Shown here piece by piece: positions 13,601 through 25,339 of a stretch of 64,000 bases of DNA. Within the stretch, counting starts at the first letter, position 1; each line of letters opens with the position of its first letter. The translations under genes were made by a program, and so were the position numbers. The stretch is taken from positions 39,618,001 through 39,682,000 of the forward strand of contig JBITNC010000002.1 of NCBI GenBank assembly GCA_050084985.1. Direction: 5' to 3'. A model generated the notes under the pieces. It was not told where the DNA came from. It saw only the letters and a list, made by a program, of their open reading frames with translations, and did no database searches. The stretch comes from Nageia nagi. Taxonomy: Eukaryota; Plantae; Pinophyta.

Positions 13601-16503
13601 ATTAATTTGAGCTTCGTCCCGGAAAACCTGCCAAAAGGAATCATTATCCGGAACTGATGGCCTGAAAATGAGCTGAACACCCTTTCTCCGGAACCAGTCA
13701 TTTGTGGGATCAAAACTGGCTCCCATTTGTGCTAATGCGTCAGCTTCTTGATTGAATCTTCTTGGAACCGACTGAATATGCAATGCTTCGAAATGCTCAA
13801 ACAGATCCCAAACCCGATTCCTGTAGGCTTTCAAATAATGATGTTTGACCGAACATTTACCTGTCACTTGTTTCACGATCAAATCTGAATCTCCTTTGAT
13901 CTTTAGACACTGAATTTTCATTTTGATAGCTTGTTCTAATCCCAAGCAAAGAGCTTCATATTCTGCCACATTATTTGAACATAACCAGGTGAGTCTGAAA
14001 GAAAATCTATGCATCTTACCAACTGGGTTGGTCAGGATAATCCCGGCTCCGGATCCATTTTTGGATCTTGCCCCATCAAAAGACATCTCCCATATTTCAT
14101 TTCTCCTGAAATCTTCCCTTGTGAGTTCTGGGATGAAAGATTCCGGCTCTATTAAACAATAATTTCCAAACTCCACGTCGTAGATGGTGTTGAGCATACT
14201 CATACTACAAGGGTCTTCGGTTTGTAGCTCTTCCAGCAATTCGTTTGATTCTTCCAATTCACCAAAGATTGCGCAAACCTCCTCCTTTTTCTCTACGTGA
14301 AACTCGGAAATTTCTTCATTATTTAGTCTTACCCTCTTATTCCCACAAGGGATCAAATAATGAGTATAGTCCATCGCTAGATAACCCCCTATCTTAGCTG
14401 TAAATTCTCTAGACAGACATAGCCAGAACAAAGGGGGCAGCTCAACAACTACAACCTCCTGGATAATAATTACAGAGGGACACTTATGTATTTTCAGGAC
14501 TACATCCTTGATTACTCCTACTGTTTTGACAGGTGTGGAATCCAATTGTAATACTCCGGTGGATGTTCTTGTCATAGGCAACCCCATCACATCGCACACT
14601 GCTTTAGGCATCACAGTAGTAGCTGCCCCAGAATCAACCAAACAATTATGGAGTACATATCCCTCGATTTCCAAAGTCATGTAAAAGGCTGGAGGTTTGT
14701 TCTTTCCCATCCCCGGATATTTTGCTGTTTCAAAAAGATTAAGCACTCTTTCCATTCCTTCATTCAAGGCTACAAGGGATGTTTTCAGTAAATCAATTTG
14801 TCCGGGAATTTTTAAAGCTTCAAACAAGGACACTCTCGTTGGAGTTCTCTTTAGTTCCGCCATAATGTTAAACTCTGGGATAGCCAGAGGTTCGCCAGTT
14901 TTGTTTCTGAATCTGTCAGTAAATTTTTCCTGAAGCTGTAGAGTATCATCTTTTCTCTGGTGCTTGGTAAGTGAAGGGAACCTTAACCTCCGGAGATTTT
15001 GATCAGCGGTTTTGGGCGTCGGTTTGGCTTCCGGAAACGGGAATTTTTGGGAAACCGTTTCCTTTTCCGGGATCTTTTCCTTAGAACCGGGAACTGTATC
15101 TTGCCTTTTAGGAAACACTGCTCCGGAACTCTTTTGGGGTTCAACCTTTTTTTCCGGAATGCTAGAGACTAGGGGTCTTTTTCTTGATCTTGTTTCCACA
15201 GCAAAAACTCCTATATCTGCCGGTGCAAAATTCATCAGGTTTACATCTTGGTTCACGTCATCAGCTACACCGGGCGGAGGAATACCTCCACTTCTTGATA
15301 GATACTCTTGGTACTGATAAACAGGGCATGTGGTTTGTTCATGAGCATCATTGCAGGCTAAACACAAACCAGTGGTTGACCCGGAAGAGGAAGCTTGGCT
15401 TACATCTTCATTCAACACATGCTGAGCTTTTTCTACAGCAGGATAAGGATATCTTCTTGCATTGTTTTGTCTGCTTAAAATGGTAATCTGGTTTGCCATA
15501 TTTCTACACAAGTTTCGGAGTTCCTGAATCTCCGACGATGAAGCTACCCCTTGATTCATGTTAGGCTGATAAGGGGCTGTAAAGCCAAGGGAGCTCTAGG
15601 GACTGGCAAGGGTGATGGCCACTGTTGAATAGGAGCGGGGATGCTGGCCAGTGGTGGAGCCAGACTAATTGCTTGAGGTCTCAAAATTTGCTGTTGAGCG
15701 GTTACTGGAAAATAAGGCATTGGCATGCGACTTGGCAGTTTTCCAACCGCAATGAGACAGGATTCAGCATACACTGCTTGTCTATAGACCTCCGGGAAAG
15801 TATTCACTCCGGAATTTTGGATTTGCAGAGAGAGATCCGGAGGAAAGGCTCTCAGGTAATACATTAGGGCTTGAAATTGCTGAGGCCTGACTGGCATGGG
15901 TACTCTCATCCAAGTTTTTTGGAATCTAATATTGAAATCCGGGATATTTTCTTGCTCGTATCTTTTGATTGAAGTGAACTGTGTTAACAAGGAAAAGGGA
16001 TCTCCTAATTCATTAAATTCCAAGATAAAGGGCTCTGCCAGTTGAGCCCAAGTAGTTATAGATCCGTTAGGAAGGCCCCTGTACCAATCTAGGACCTTTC
16101 CTTTGAAGGATTGAGCAAGCAATCTCACCATAGCATCTTCATGCTGGATATTGTGAATCTTAGCTAGGCCAGCTACATCAACACAATGTTCATAAGTTGT
16201 TTTCTCTGTAGTTGCATCAAACTCCGGAAGGGTTTTAAAAACATTTGCTGGGATGTCATGCAACACCGCCAGGGCTATTGGTACCCCATTATCCCATTCC
16301 GGATAAATATTCTGAACTGGATTAGCCATTGTAGGAGAGATATTTCTAGTATGAAGATCAGATGGTTCTGGCTTGGTAAAGGATTTTAGGGTGCTGATAC
16401 TATTCAGAGATTTGGACTTGATCAGGGTCTTTCTCTTAGGAACATCTAATACTCTAAAATCCGGTGTTTCTTTTGCTGCTCTAGTTTTAGATCTTGTCCA
16501 CAT
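10628..16503 (-). pseudogene. gag-pol polyprotein: gag, Cys/His knuckle-like motif, aspartic protease, additional archaeal-type RNase H, RT, RNase H, integrase; 1 frameshift and 2 in-frame stops
   Basis: Gag (DWYRGLPNGSITTWAQL), CLACNDAHEQTTC, protease LVDSGA, aRH (FDGA...NNVAEYEAL...KGDSDL), RT (RLCVDFR...YLDD), INT (H-H-C-C, WGLDFIG, SDNG, GNGLAE). TAG stops at 12932 and 10994 are in frame. Confidence 0.95.
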
Positions 16504-16593
16504 AAACTCTAGGTGGCAAAAGAAAATGAAAGGTTCAAAAGCACATATGATATTTACAAATAATATGCTTTAATACATACCAAGATAGTGCTT

Positions 16594-16607
16594 CAGCAGA
16601 GTCGCCA
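16594..16607 (-). promoter_or_regulatory. Second PBS-like site, complementary to tRNA-Arg(ACG) 3' end
   Basis: Minus strand reads TGGCGACTCTGCTG, 14 nt of the Ogre-type PBS; tRNA identity is from recalled plant tRNA sequences. Confidence 0.7.
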
Positions 16608-16621
16608 ATAAGTTTCTTCGT

Positions 16622-16639
16622 GTCCCACCGGGCGTGCCA
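16622..16639 (-). promoter_or_regulatory. Primer-binding site complementary to tRNA-Arg(UCU) 3' end
   Basis: Minus strand reads TGGCACGCCCGGTGGGAC (18 nt), 11 nt inside the 5' LTR; typical Tat-type PBS. Confidence 0.85.
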
Positions 16640-16650
16640 AAAAGAAATAC

Positions 16651-17945
16651 TGTTGATTAGGATTGTGTAATATATGCGCCGCGAACAATCTTAACCAGAG
16701 TAAATCAAGAACAGACTATGTGACAGTCTGATCTCCGGAGAAGGCCGGTTCCTTATACATTGGGTATAGGAAAAGTAGCAGGAAAGAAAAATAAAAGAGT
16801 AGAGTGCGAGGAATTTAAGTAAAGGTTTAGGGTAACAAGAGAGAAAGCAAAGGAGGATCACTAGTTCAGCGCGGGCTTTCACAGTGTGTGAAACCTTGGT
16901 CTGAATCTAGTGTAGCAGCTACGGTACAAGCTCTCACTCTCTAATAGTTTCCTAGCTTTACTCTACCATGTAGCAGACACAGTTATACTAGCAACTCGCG
17001 ATTACCATTCAGGAAACAAGCCAAGCTGCCACGATGTAACCAAATTAAAAATGACAATGACAAGTGCTAGACAAGAAAGGTCAAGATGGTTTCATATTAC
17101 TGATAAAAAACTACAGGTCTTCGAGAACAAATGTAAAGAGCAATACTAGGGCTTCCGACCCTTCTTTCACTTTATTTTCATATACTTATACTGAAGAAAT
17201 AACAGTTACAAGAAAACGAAAACAGAACGGTTTACAAAACGGCCTCAAGATTCTGGCCACTTCTAACTATCATCATACATACATGCCATTTGTCCGACAG
17301 TTACAAAACTGAGAATGTCGTGGAAGGTAACTACCTCCAAAACTAAAATTATCCTTTCTTTGTGACATCGTTATTTCAGAAACTTTATTCACTGACTCCG
17401 GGCCTTTTGATCACCCCTTGCTGACCTCATCATCTCCGGAACCCGGTCTTTTCCCCAACTGAGGTTTATTCTTTCTGTTATGACGTCATCATCTTATTCC
17501 GGAACGCTTTACTTCCGCTGCCTTCGGCTTTTCAATTATCTCTTTGCTAACCTCATCATCTCCAGAACCCGGTCTTTTCCACAACTGAGTTTTATTCCTT
17601 TTCCTATGACGTCATCATCTTATTCCGGAACGCTTTACTTCCGCTGCCTCCGGCTTTTCAATTATCTCTTTGCTGACCTCATCATCTCCGGAATCCGGTC
17701 TTTTCCACAACTGAGTTTTATTCCTTTTCCTATGATGTCATCATCTTATTCCGGAACACTTTACTTCCGCTGCCTCCGGCTTTTTAATTATCTCTCTGCT
17801 GACCTCATCATCTCCGGAACCCAGTCTTCACCAAAACGTAAGCTTTATTTGTTCCAAAACTTCTGGAGATCTTAAAATGAACTTATTGTTGCAAGCAAAG
17901 TACGTTGGGGCTCTAAATAAATAAGTTATTATGTATGCATATACA
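16651..17945 (-). repeat. 5' LTR of Tat element (1295 bp)
   Basis: Direct repeat of 5194-6614, adjacent to the PBS and gag start. Confidence 0.95.
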
Positions 17946-19319
17946 CAAAGGATATCAACAGTATGAAGACAGGAAGACAGATGAAAGGAGGATATCAACT
18001 TGCTATTTGGTGCAAAGAAATGAACAAAACAAGTCGTACCATCTTGGATCACCTACTGGCGGATGAAGGGACGCTCAAAATCATCAACCAAGGGATTCAG
18101 AATATCAAGACCTTCATGGGAGATAACTTTGAAGCCACCATTGCAAATCATGTGCAAACAGTCCTCCCACCTCTGCCAGAGTAGCTAGGGTTATAGTTTA
18201 GCATTTTTGGTATTTTAGCCAAATTTTGGCTTACTTAGTAGATTTCTACTAAGACGAAATGCAATCTCAATTAGCATTCAATTAGCTTGTAATTAGCTTT
18301 TGATTTCACAATTAGGAATTAGGGTTTCAAAACTAGGAATTAGGGTTTCGAATTGTCTGTAAGTAAGAGGCATGGGGTCCTTTTATTGTAAGAACTTCAT
18401 TCTTGAAGAAAGAAACTTTTAAAAGTGAGAGCGCACTTGTAAATTTTTGCATACTCTTTTTCTAAATCAATACAAAGTGGTTAAGCTAAAGACTTAAGTT
18501 TGAACCTTTAATTTTGGTGTTGTGAATTGTATTCTTCAAGAGCTTTCATAGCTAGTTTGTGCACTTTCGTTTTATTCCTTTGAAAACTTACGAGTTTTAA
18601 GGAAGTTATCCTTGTTCCATTTTACAAAGTGTTTGAAGCTAGCCTATGTTTGTTGTTTAATTCTCAATATGCAAGTAGATAGGGTATTCTATTTTAGTTT
18701 CTACTTTCATGACATTTATCTAGAATTTTCATCCAAACTTTGTTCCATTCACATGTTGAACCATATGTGTCCCTTTGATTGGTTTGACCCGTTTTTACGA
18801 ATACCAACAATCAGTTTTACTTCCTGCTCCTCTTTGAAACAACGCGAACAATAGTTGTTTGTTTGCAAAGTTGGAAGACTTGGATGAAACATTCTTAACT
18901 GATTCGAAAGAGAGAAACTTTTAGACACTGCTCATCTTGGTTCTCAAACTTATATCTGACCAAGTATCTGTTTCTTCTTCAAAGTGTAGTTGTTCATTTT
19001 CCAGTATTGCCTTTACGCTTTCTTTTATGTTTTTCAAACCCAAATACAATCTTTAAATTCATACACAAATGTTACGAGCAAACTCTATACATTATTAAAA
19101 AAACATTCGTTAACAAGCTACATCATGTTGTGCCTGCACAACACCGCCCCCCCCCCCCCAAAAAAAAAAAAAAAAATGCATTTTTGATGACCCTCATTGT
19201 ACTAAAGCATAAAGGCATGAAAGATTTTTCTAAGGAAATGCATGCATTGTAGGCCTAGCAAGGGTAGACGTGATAAAATTGCACCTTCATGTTCAACAAG
19301 TCAGAATTTTTGCTAGTTT

Positions 19320-20480
19320 ATCCATGGCGCATGTTTTAGGGGACATGCTTTTGCATGTACCATGAAACGTGCACCCTCCTTCATACTGCACACTTTTGGC
19401 TTAAGTCTTGCATTTTCGGGTTCAAACTGCATCATTCATGTCCATTTTTACTTGATCATTATGTGAAAATTGCATCCCCTCCATTGCATCCCATTATCGA
19501 GGGTCATCCTAGTCATTCGAAGTAGAATTAACATGTTTTGTGCTTGAGCACATGTTTTGAGGGACATGCTTTTGCACGTACCCATATCGGTGTGTCCTGG
19601 CGAACAAGGTTCCTTAACACTTAGGAAATTTCAAAGGAAGTTTGTCAAAACATCCTAAGAGCATGTTTTAAGAGACATGCTTTTGCATGTACCGAAAACA
19701 GTGTGCCCTGGCACCAAGAACATTCTCAACACTTCATTTTTCAAAAAAATTGGTAAATTGGCCGAGCGCATGGTTTCGAGGACATGCTTTTGCATGTACC
19801 CAAAACAGTGCGCCCTCCTTTAGATGCAAATTTTGGCTAAGTGTGGGATTCTAGACGTTCACTATGAAGAAGACGTGTGTTCACATGCATTGGACCTTCA
19901 CTCACACCAATCGTTGCATGAAACCTGTCCACTTGAGCAAGTCTACAAAAGGAAGGTCAGCTTCAGCATTCATTTTGTTTGGTCAAATTCATAGCATTGT
20001 GTGGTGCTAAGTCCAAAAAAAACATCCCTCAAACAGTACGCCATATTCTAGATGGTGATTTTCAAGGTCATTTTTCATTAAATATTAATTTGTTGCATTG
20101 GAGAGTGTGCCACGAGACGGTGCACATGGTTTTTGGAGCATGATTAGGCACTCACCCAAATCGGTGTGCCAACTTCCAGATGTCCTAGCCTAGGAGCACT
20201 TTTAAGCATAGAATCTTGTGAAGGGGCCCAGGCGCATGTTTTCTGGTACATACATTTCCACTCTTTCGAAAAGATGTGCCCAAAATTCTGGAGCATTTTC
20301 AAGTTCAATATTTCGAAGTGCCTACTTTGGTAGGCGCAAGGATTTTGGGACATGCTTTTGCACCCCTCCAAAAGGTGCGACCAAGTTGCAAGACTAAGTC
20401 TTTTTTATGCACTAAAGTTGGTAGCGCGTGCATTTCGGGACATGCTTTTACACGTACTCTAAAATGTGCGCCCACCATCC
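19320..20480. repeat. Degenerate repeat array in the 5' part of element B
   Basis: Recurring gcgcatg..tt..ggacatgcttttgca(t/c)gtacc...gtg(c/t)gccc at ~19340, 19560, 19675, 19780, 20350 and 20440. Confidence 0.65.
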
Positions 20481-20520
20481 TGGCTTCGTCATTTGACCTC
20501 ATTTTGAGCCAACCAAAACG

Positions 20521-20552
20521 TGACACGTGGCATGTTGAAGGTTATATATATG
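20521..20552 (+). promoter_or_regulatory. Putative internal promoter of element B gene (G-box + TATA)
   Basis: tgacacgtggca followed by ttatatatatg; element A has the parallel tgacatgtggca...ctatagata at ~1247-1283 upstream of its ORF. Confidence 0.4.
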
Positions 20553-23209
20553 AAGTTGCCCCTTGTATCATTTTACCACTTCATTTCATTTTGGGCTAAG
20601 ATTCCTAGTTGCACTATTTCCGGAACATGCTTAAGGACTCATCTAAAGTGGTGCGCTCAGGAGAAATAAGAGTTTGAGGAGGCATCTGAACTGCCAATAG
20701 CCATTTCTAAGGGGTGAGCTGGATCTCAGTGTCCATTTTCTGTAATTCACTTTGCATTTTTCTGATAAGTTTTGCCCTACATTGACCTATGTGCATGTTT
20801 TCTCATTAGTGCTTCAAGGACTCATTTGAAACAGTGCGCCCAAGTCCAGATCCAGAAATTTGGCTAAGTATACATAATTATTAGTTGCATTCCATTCTCC
20901 TTTCATTTGTGCATGAAAATTTGAGGCGCATGCTTTGTGGAACATGAAAAAGCATGTGCCCAACTCTATGCACCCTAGCATGATGTGGTGATCTGACCTC
21001 TCGAGTGGAAAATTGTTGCCCAAAGATTGACTAAGTTATGTGTATGCCCATCAGGAGACCAGTTGCATATTTTTCAGGCAGTGAAAAAGCACGTACTCAA
21101 ATATATGCGCACCTACAACGATGAGCTGAAATTGTCTAAGTATTGGAGAAGATAAGAGAGCTAGGAAAACAATGAAGAAAGCCAAGAATACCCCAGTCAA
21201 GAGAATGTAGTTGTAGGTGCTTCCGCACCTGATGATACAGAGATTGAAACTCTCCTAGACAATGATGATGACCTATACGTAGACGTTGGGACTTTTGATG
21301 AAGTACATATTGTTGGATTGAAGTATGCCAAAGATGTGGGTTCTTCCAAACCCTCTCCTGCTGAACATAGAAAGAGGTCACCCTCGTCTTCTCAGCAACC
21401 CTCTTTGAAGAGAACCAGCCATGAGAGATCCCCTCAGCCACGAAAGAAAGGTCTATCAATAGGTGGTGATGGCGGAGATGAAGAAGATGGAGAGACCGAG
21501 GAATAGAAAAAAAAGAGGAAGCAGGACGAGCATCAGGGTAAGGACATTGCCCTTGTTCAAACCACTCCAACCAAAGAAGTCAAGAAGATCAATAAAAGCC
21601 GAGTGTTGGTGCAGAGGTTCTCTCCCAAGCTAGCAACCAAACATCTAGATCTTGACTTAGATGCCTGCCTAAGAGCCTTAAGCATGAGTATGGCTCATGA
21701 TGAAGAGATTGATCAGGACTTGAGGTCTAAGGATGAGGAAGAGGAGCTCTCTGATGGTGAGAAGGTTAGAAGAGTAGACACTTTTGTTTCTACTATAAGA
21801 AAGAGGATCTCCATCAGTCGTTGTTACTCCAAGGAGAAACATCCACAAACACTCAAGGACTACATGATAGAAACATTCAAGATGCCTATCAAGTTAGGTC
21901 TGACAGCTAGGAAGCACATAGTCACTCAGAATGTTGTTGTCATGGAACAAGAAGGCTATGAAGCTAAGAAGGAGGTGAGAAGACTCAAGAAGGAACTCAC
22001 GGCTAGCAGGAAAATCATCAAGGAGTTCCAAACGGTTAGTACCCCGTAGAGTTAAGGAAGCAAGCCACGTTCCATGCAGGATGCAAGTTGATGAAGGATC
22101 AGTTGAAAAAGGAGATGATGGAGACCATTGAGAAGTTATCCTCTCAAGTGTATAGCCTCCTTCAGGAAGGTGTTGAGATCCGGAAGTTGAAGTCCCAAAT
22201 AAGCCTCCTCGAGAAGCTAGATGGTCATCTCCCTATTGTTGTGCCCGCACAACACACCGCAAGATGCAGCATTTTGGGGACACTACTTTTTTTGAAGGCA
22301 ATGGACGACATTGCCTAAAGATGACTAGACAACGGCCAGAGTGAAGAGTCAGAATGGCCAAGTAATGAAGCAGTGCACGCAAATAGCCCCCGAGGCCCAA
22401 GGCAATTCAGCGCATCCAGCAGCCATTCATGGCCCAGTTTCAAGCAACATCAAGCAAGATGCAATTTTGGATCATGATAGCGATCAGGGAGTTTTTTCAC
22501 AGTGTGGCCAACAGGGCAGAAAAGGCGCATGTTTTTAGTAGTTGAGTGCAAGAGTGGCAAAGTTGACAAAAAGGACGCATTTTTGCAAAGACTGAGCTCA
22601 CAGGTGCCTAGCGCAACAGAAAGGTGGGTTTTTGCAGAACATGAGCACAAAGGTACCCAGGTGACAAAAATGAGCGTTTTTGTCAAGTTTGAGTCCGAGT
22701 GTAGTGAAAATGACAAGGATGACAAAATGGATGTTCTTGTCAAAGTTGACCTCGGAAAGCTAGAAAAGGCAAGTATGATGAAAAAGCGCATTTTGGTCAA
22801 AATTGAGCCCAAAAATGATTAGTATAGTAAAAATGTGCGTTTTTGCACAGAGTTCGAAAAGCTCAGAAATGACCAAAAATGACGAGTTGAGCCCAAAATG
22901 GCCAAAAATGCTCGAAAATGCCAAAATGCTGGAAAAAGTTGTTTTTTCACACTTAGGGCCCGGAAATGGATGGAATCTTAGCCCAAAAATGCCGAAAATG
23001 ATGGAAAATGACAACTTTGAACCCAGAAAACCGAAAATGATCGTTTTTACACCATTTGAGCTCGGAAATCATCGAAAATGCAAAGTTTGAGCTCAAAGAT
23101 GCCAGAAAGGGCACTTTGATCGAGTTTGAGCTCGAAAATGCCAAGAGTTGTCGAAATGCACAGATTGAGTCCAGAATGGATCGAAAGTGCAAGTTTGAGT
23201 ACCCTTAGC

Positions 23210-24670
23210 CCCAGGCACATTTTTCCAAGGTGTTGAAAACCCAAGTGAGGGAAAAATGGTGCATGTTTCTCAGAGATAAATGCAAATGGTATCAAAATTC
23301 GAGTCTAAGAGCGTATTCGGAGAGATAAGGTGAATTCTACCACAATTAGAACTCGAAATTTTCGATTTTGACCAAGTCTAAGGAACTCAAAGGCTAGGCA
23401 CAGTTTTTCAAGCCTACAAGAAATCCATAGAAGTGCATTTTGGCGCCTAGAAAGTGGAGGAAAAATGAAAATGCATTAAAAATGAAATCTAAATGCATGA
23501 ATGAGTGGAAATGATGGTTCCAAGTCACATTAGGTCTCAAAATTTTTGGTTTTGAGCAAGTAAAGACCCCCAGAATGCTAGGCACAAGTTTATAGATTTT
23601 TCCAAATCCATTGGCATGAAAAATGGCACCTAAAATGACAAGATGGAATGTTTTTTGACCAAAAATCAAGTTTAAGTGCTTGGGACCAAGGAAAACATGA
23701 TTGCAAACACATTTAGGTCTCAAAATTTTTGATTTTGAGCACATTTGAGTACCCTAAAGGCTAGGCGCAGGTTTCCAAGGCTATGGAAATCAAATGGGAT
23801 GAAATCTAGTGCGTAGAATCATGAAATTTGATAAATTTTGGTCAAAACTCAAGTTTGAGGGGTCCATTGGGTGTAAAATGTGATTTCTAACACATTTAGC
23901 TCTTGAAAATTTTGAAATTAAGCAAGTTTTGACCCTTCAAATGCTAAGCGCAGTTTTCCAAAAGTTTCCAAATCCATAGGGGTGATTTCTAGTGCCTAAC
24001 TTGGAGGGATAAGTGCAAAATGCATTAAAAATCGATCCCAAGGTGTTCATTGGGTGAAAAACCTCAATTCTAGCACATTTAAACTTGCATTTTTTGAAAT
24101 TGAGCAAAGGAAATGGCCCAAAATCCTAGGTGCTGATATGCTAATTTTTCTAAATCCAATGAGATGGAAAATGGAGCCTAGCATGAAGAGAAGTCAAAAA
24201 TTTTGCAAAAATTCAATTTTTTTTTAAATGGTTGCATGGAAAAGGGGATTCTAAGCATGTTTAAATCAGCAAATTTTCAAATTTGAGCACTATAAATGCC
24301 CCAAAAAGTCAAGCACAGGTTTGCAAGCCATTGAAGAACTCAAAAGAATGAAAAATGACGCCAAGATCCAAAGGAAAAGCTCAAAAACCCACCAAAACTC
24401 AAATTTTAGCACTTGATTGGGTGGAGAGGGAGAAAATAATGACATTTAAAATTTTAATTTGTCAATTTTGACCAAAGGAGGTGCCTCCAAAAGCTAGGCG
24501 CTGATTTTCAAGTCTATAGAGTGTTTCAAGGCTCCAATACCTTAAGAAACATGCAAAATGCACCCCTAGAGCACTTTTTAGGTCAAAAACCCACTAAGGA
24601 GCATGCAAAAGGTCCTTGAGCCTCCATGCATTCATTTTTGAGCAAAATCCTCACAAAACCTCAAAAACTT
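23210..24670. repeat. ~183-bp satellite-like tandem array (about 8 diverged units) in element C
   Basis: gctaggc(g/a)ca-like anchors at ~23210, 23393, 23577, 23760, 23943, 24125, 24308 and 24493. Confidence 0.75.
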
Positions 24671-25339
24671 GCTCAAAAACTTGAAATTTGCTCACAAGAT
24701 CCAAAATAGCCCCAAACCTTTTCAAAAAATTTCAAAAACTTTAGAATCTCATCCTCTATCCATCCATTAGGTCAAATCCACTTTTTTAAAATTTTTCCAA
24801 ATTTTGGAACCCCTCTATATTTTGGCCATTTTCACCATTTTCAAGCTTTTTGAAAAAACATGAAAAAACACAAAAAATGCTTTTTCAAGGCCTAAAAACT
24901 CCCAAATTTTGAAAAATCCAAACTTCAAAGTGAATACCAAAGTGATAGACCTCATATAGGAAAGCAATCTCCATCATTCACTTCCCTCGAACGAAGCTTG
25001 AAACCCCACTTTGCATCCCCATCTTTCCAAGCTTCAAAGCTGCCAAAAATGTGTCAAAAAATGAATACGAGTTAAAAAAAAAATGAGTTAATTCAGACAT
25101 CGAAAACTCAATATTTTTCTCTAAGACTTGTTCACAAGCCTCCTAGATTTATTTGCCAACATCCCATGTACTTGTTTCCCACTTCCGATGAACTTCAAAA
25201 TTCTTGAAAATCCACATTTAACTTCTAAAAAACCCAAAAATAGGCCAAAATTTTGAATATCTCTTTTTCACTCCAAAATCGCTCCAAAGATACCCAGTAT
25301 CACTCCTAACACCTTGTTGTGTTCCATAGGGCATAAACA

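Larger units (their letters stand above)
5194..17945 (-). mobile_element. Full-length Ty3/gypsy LTR retrotransposon, Tat clade (PROT-aRH-RT-RH-INT plus 3' accessory ORF)
   Basis: Near-identical LTRs 5194-6614 and 16651-17945 with TG...CA ends; TSD CAAAG at 5189-5193 and 17946-17950; gag-pol on the minus strand. Confidence 0.97.
2183..18184 (+). pseudogene. Decayed accessory-protein gene of element A (2183-5193 joined to 17951-18184), homologous to the element C gene and the Tat 3' ORF
   Basis: ORF fragments 2347-2616, 2656-3024, 3381-3581, 3695-4042, 4433-4618 and 17963-18184 are collinear with element C fragments (e.g. RWSNVISDYMTTQLRNIEVDKKFYINSYLVYLLLHGK; TFMGDNFEATIANHVQT vs TFMGTNFEEAIASHVQT). 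Confidence 0.8.

Noticed and set aside
15556-15559. ATGA stop/start overlap between the gag and pol ORFs suggesting termination-reinitiation
   Set aside because: Adding one C to the run just upstream (cag ccc cct tat) fuses the frames naturally, and the downstream ORF begins with gag-like sequence including the Cys/His motif. A 1-bp deletion is more parsimonious; the family consensus would decide.
16594-16639. tRNA gene
   Set aside because: Only 14-18 nt of tRNA 3'-end sequence including CCA, with no cloverleaf; these are PBS motifs.
19147-19176. Poly-C/poly-A run as a retroposon tail
   Set aside because: It lies just inside the 5' end of element B, where C and D have shorter C/A runs; likely homopolymer expansion or sequencing slippage.
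22450-23750. Cluster of overlapping ORFs on both strands
   Set aside because: Low-complexity translations of the repeat array in element C.
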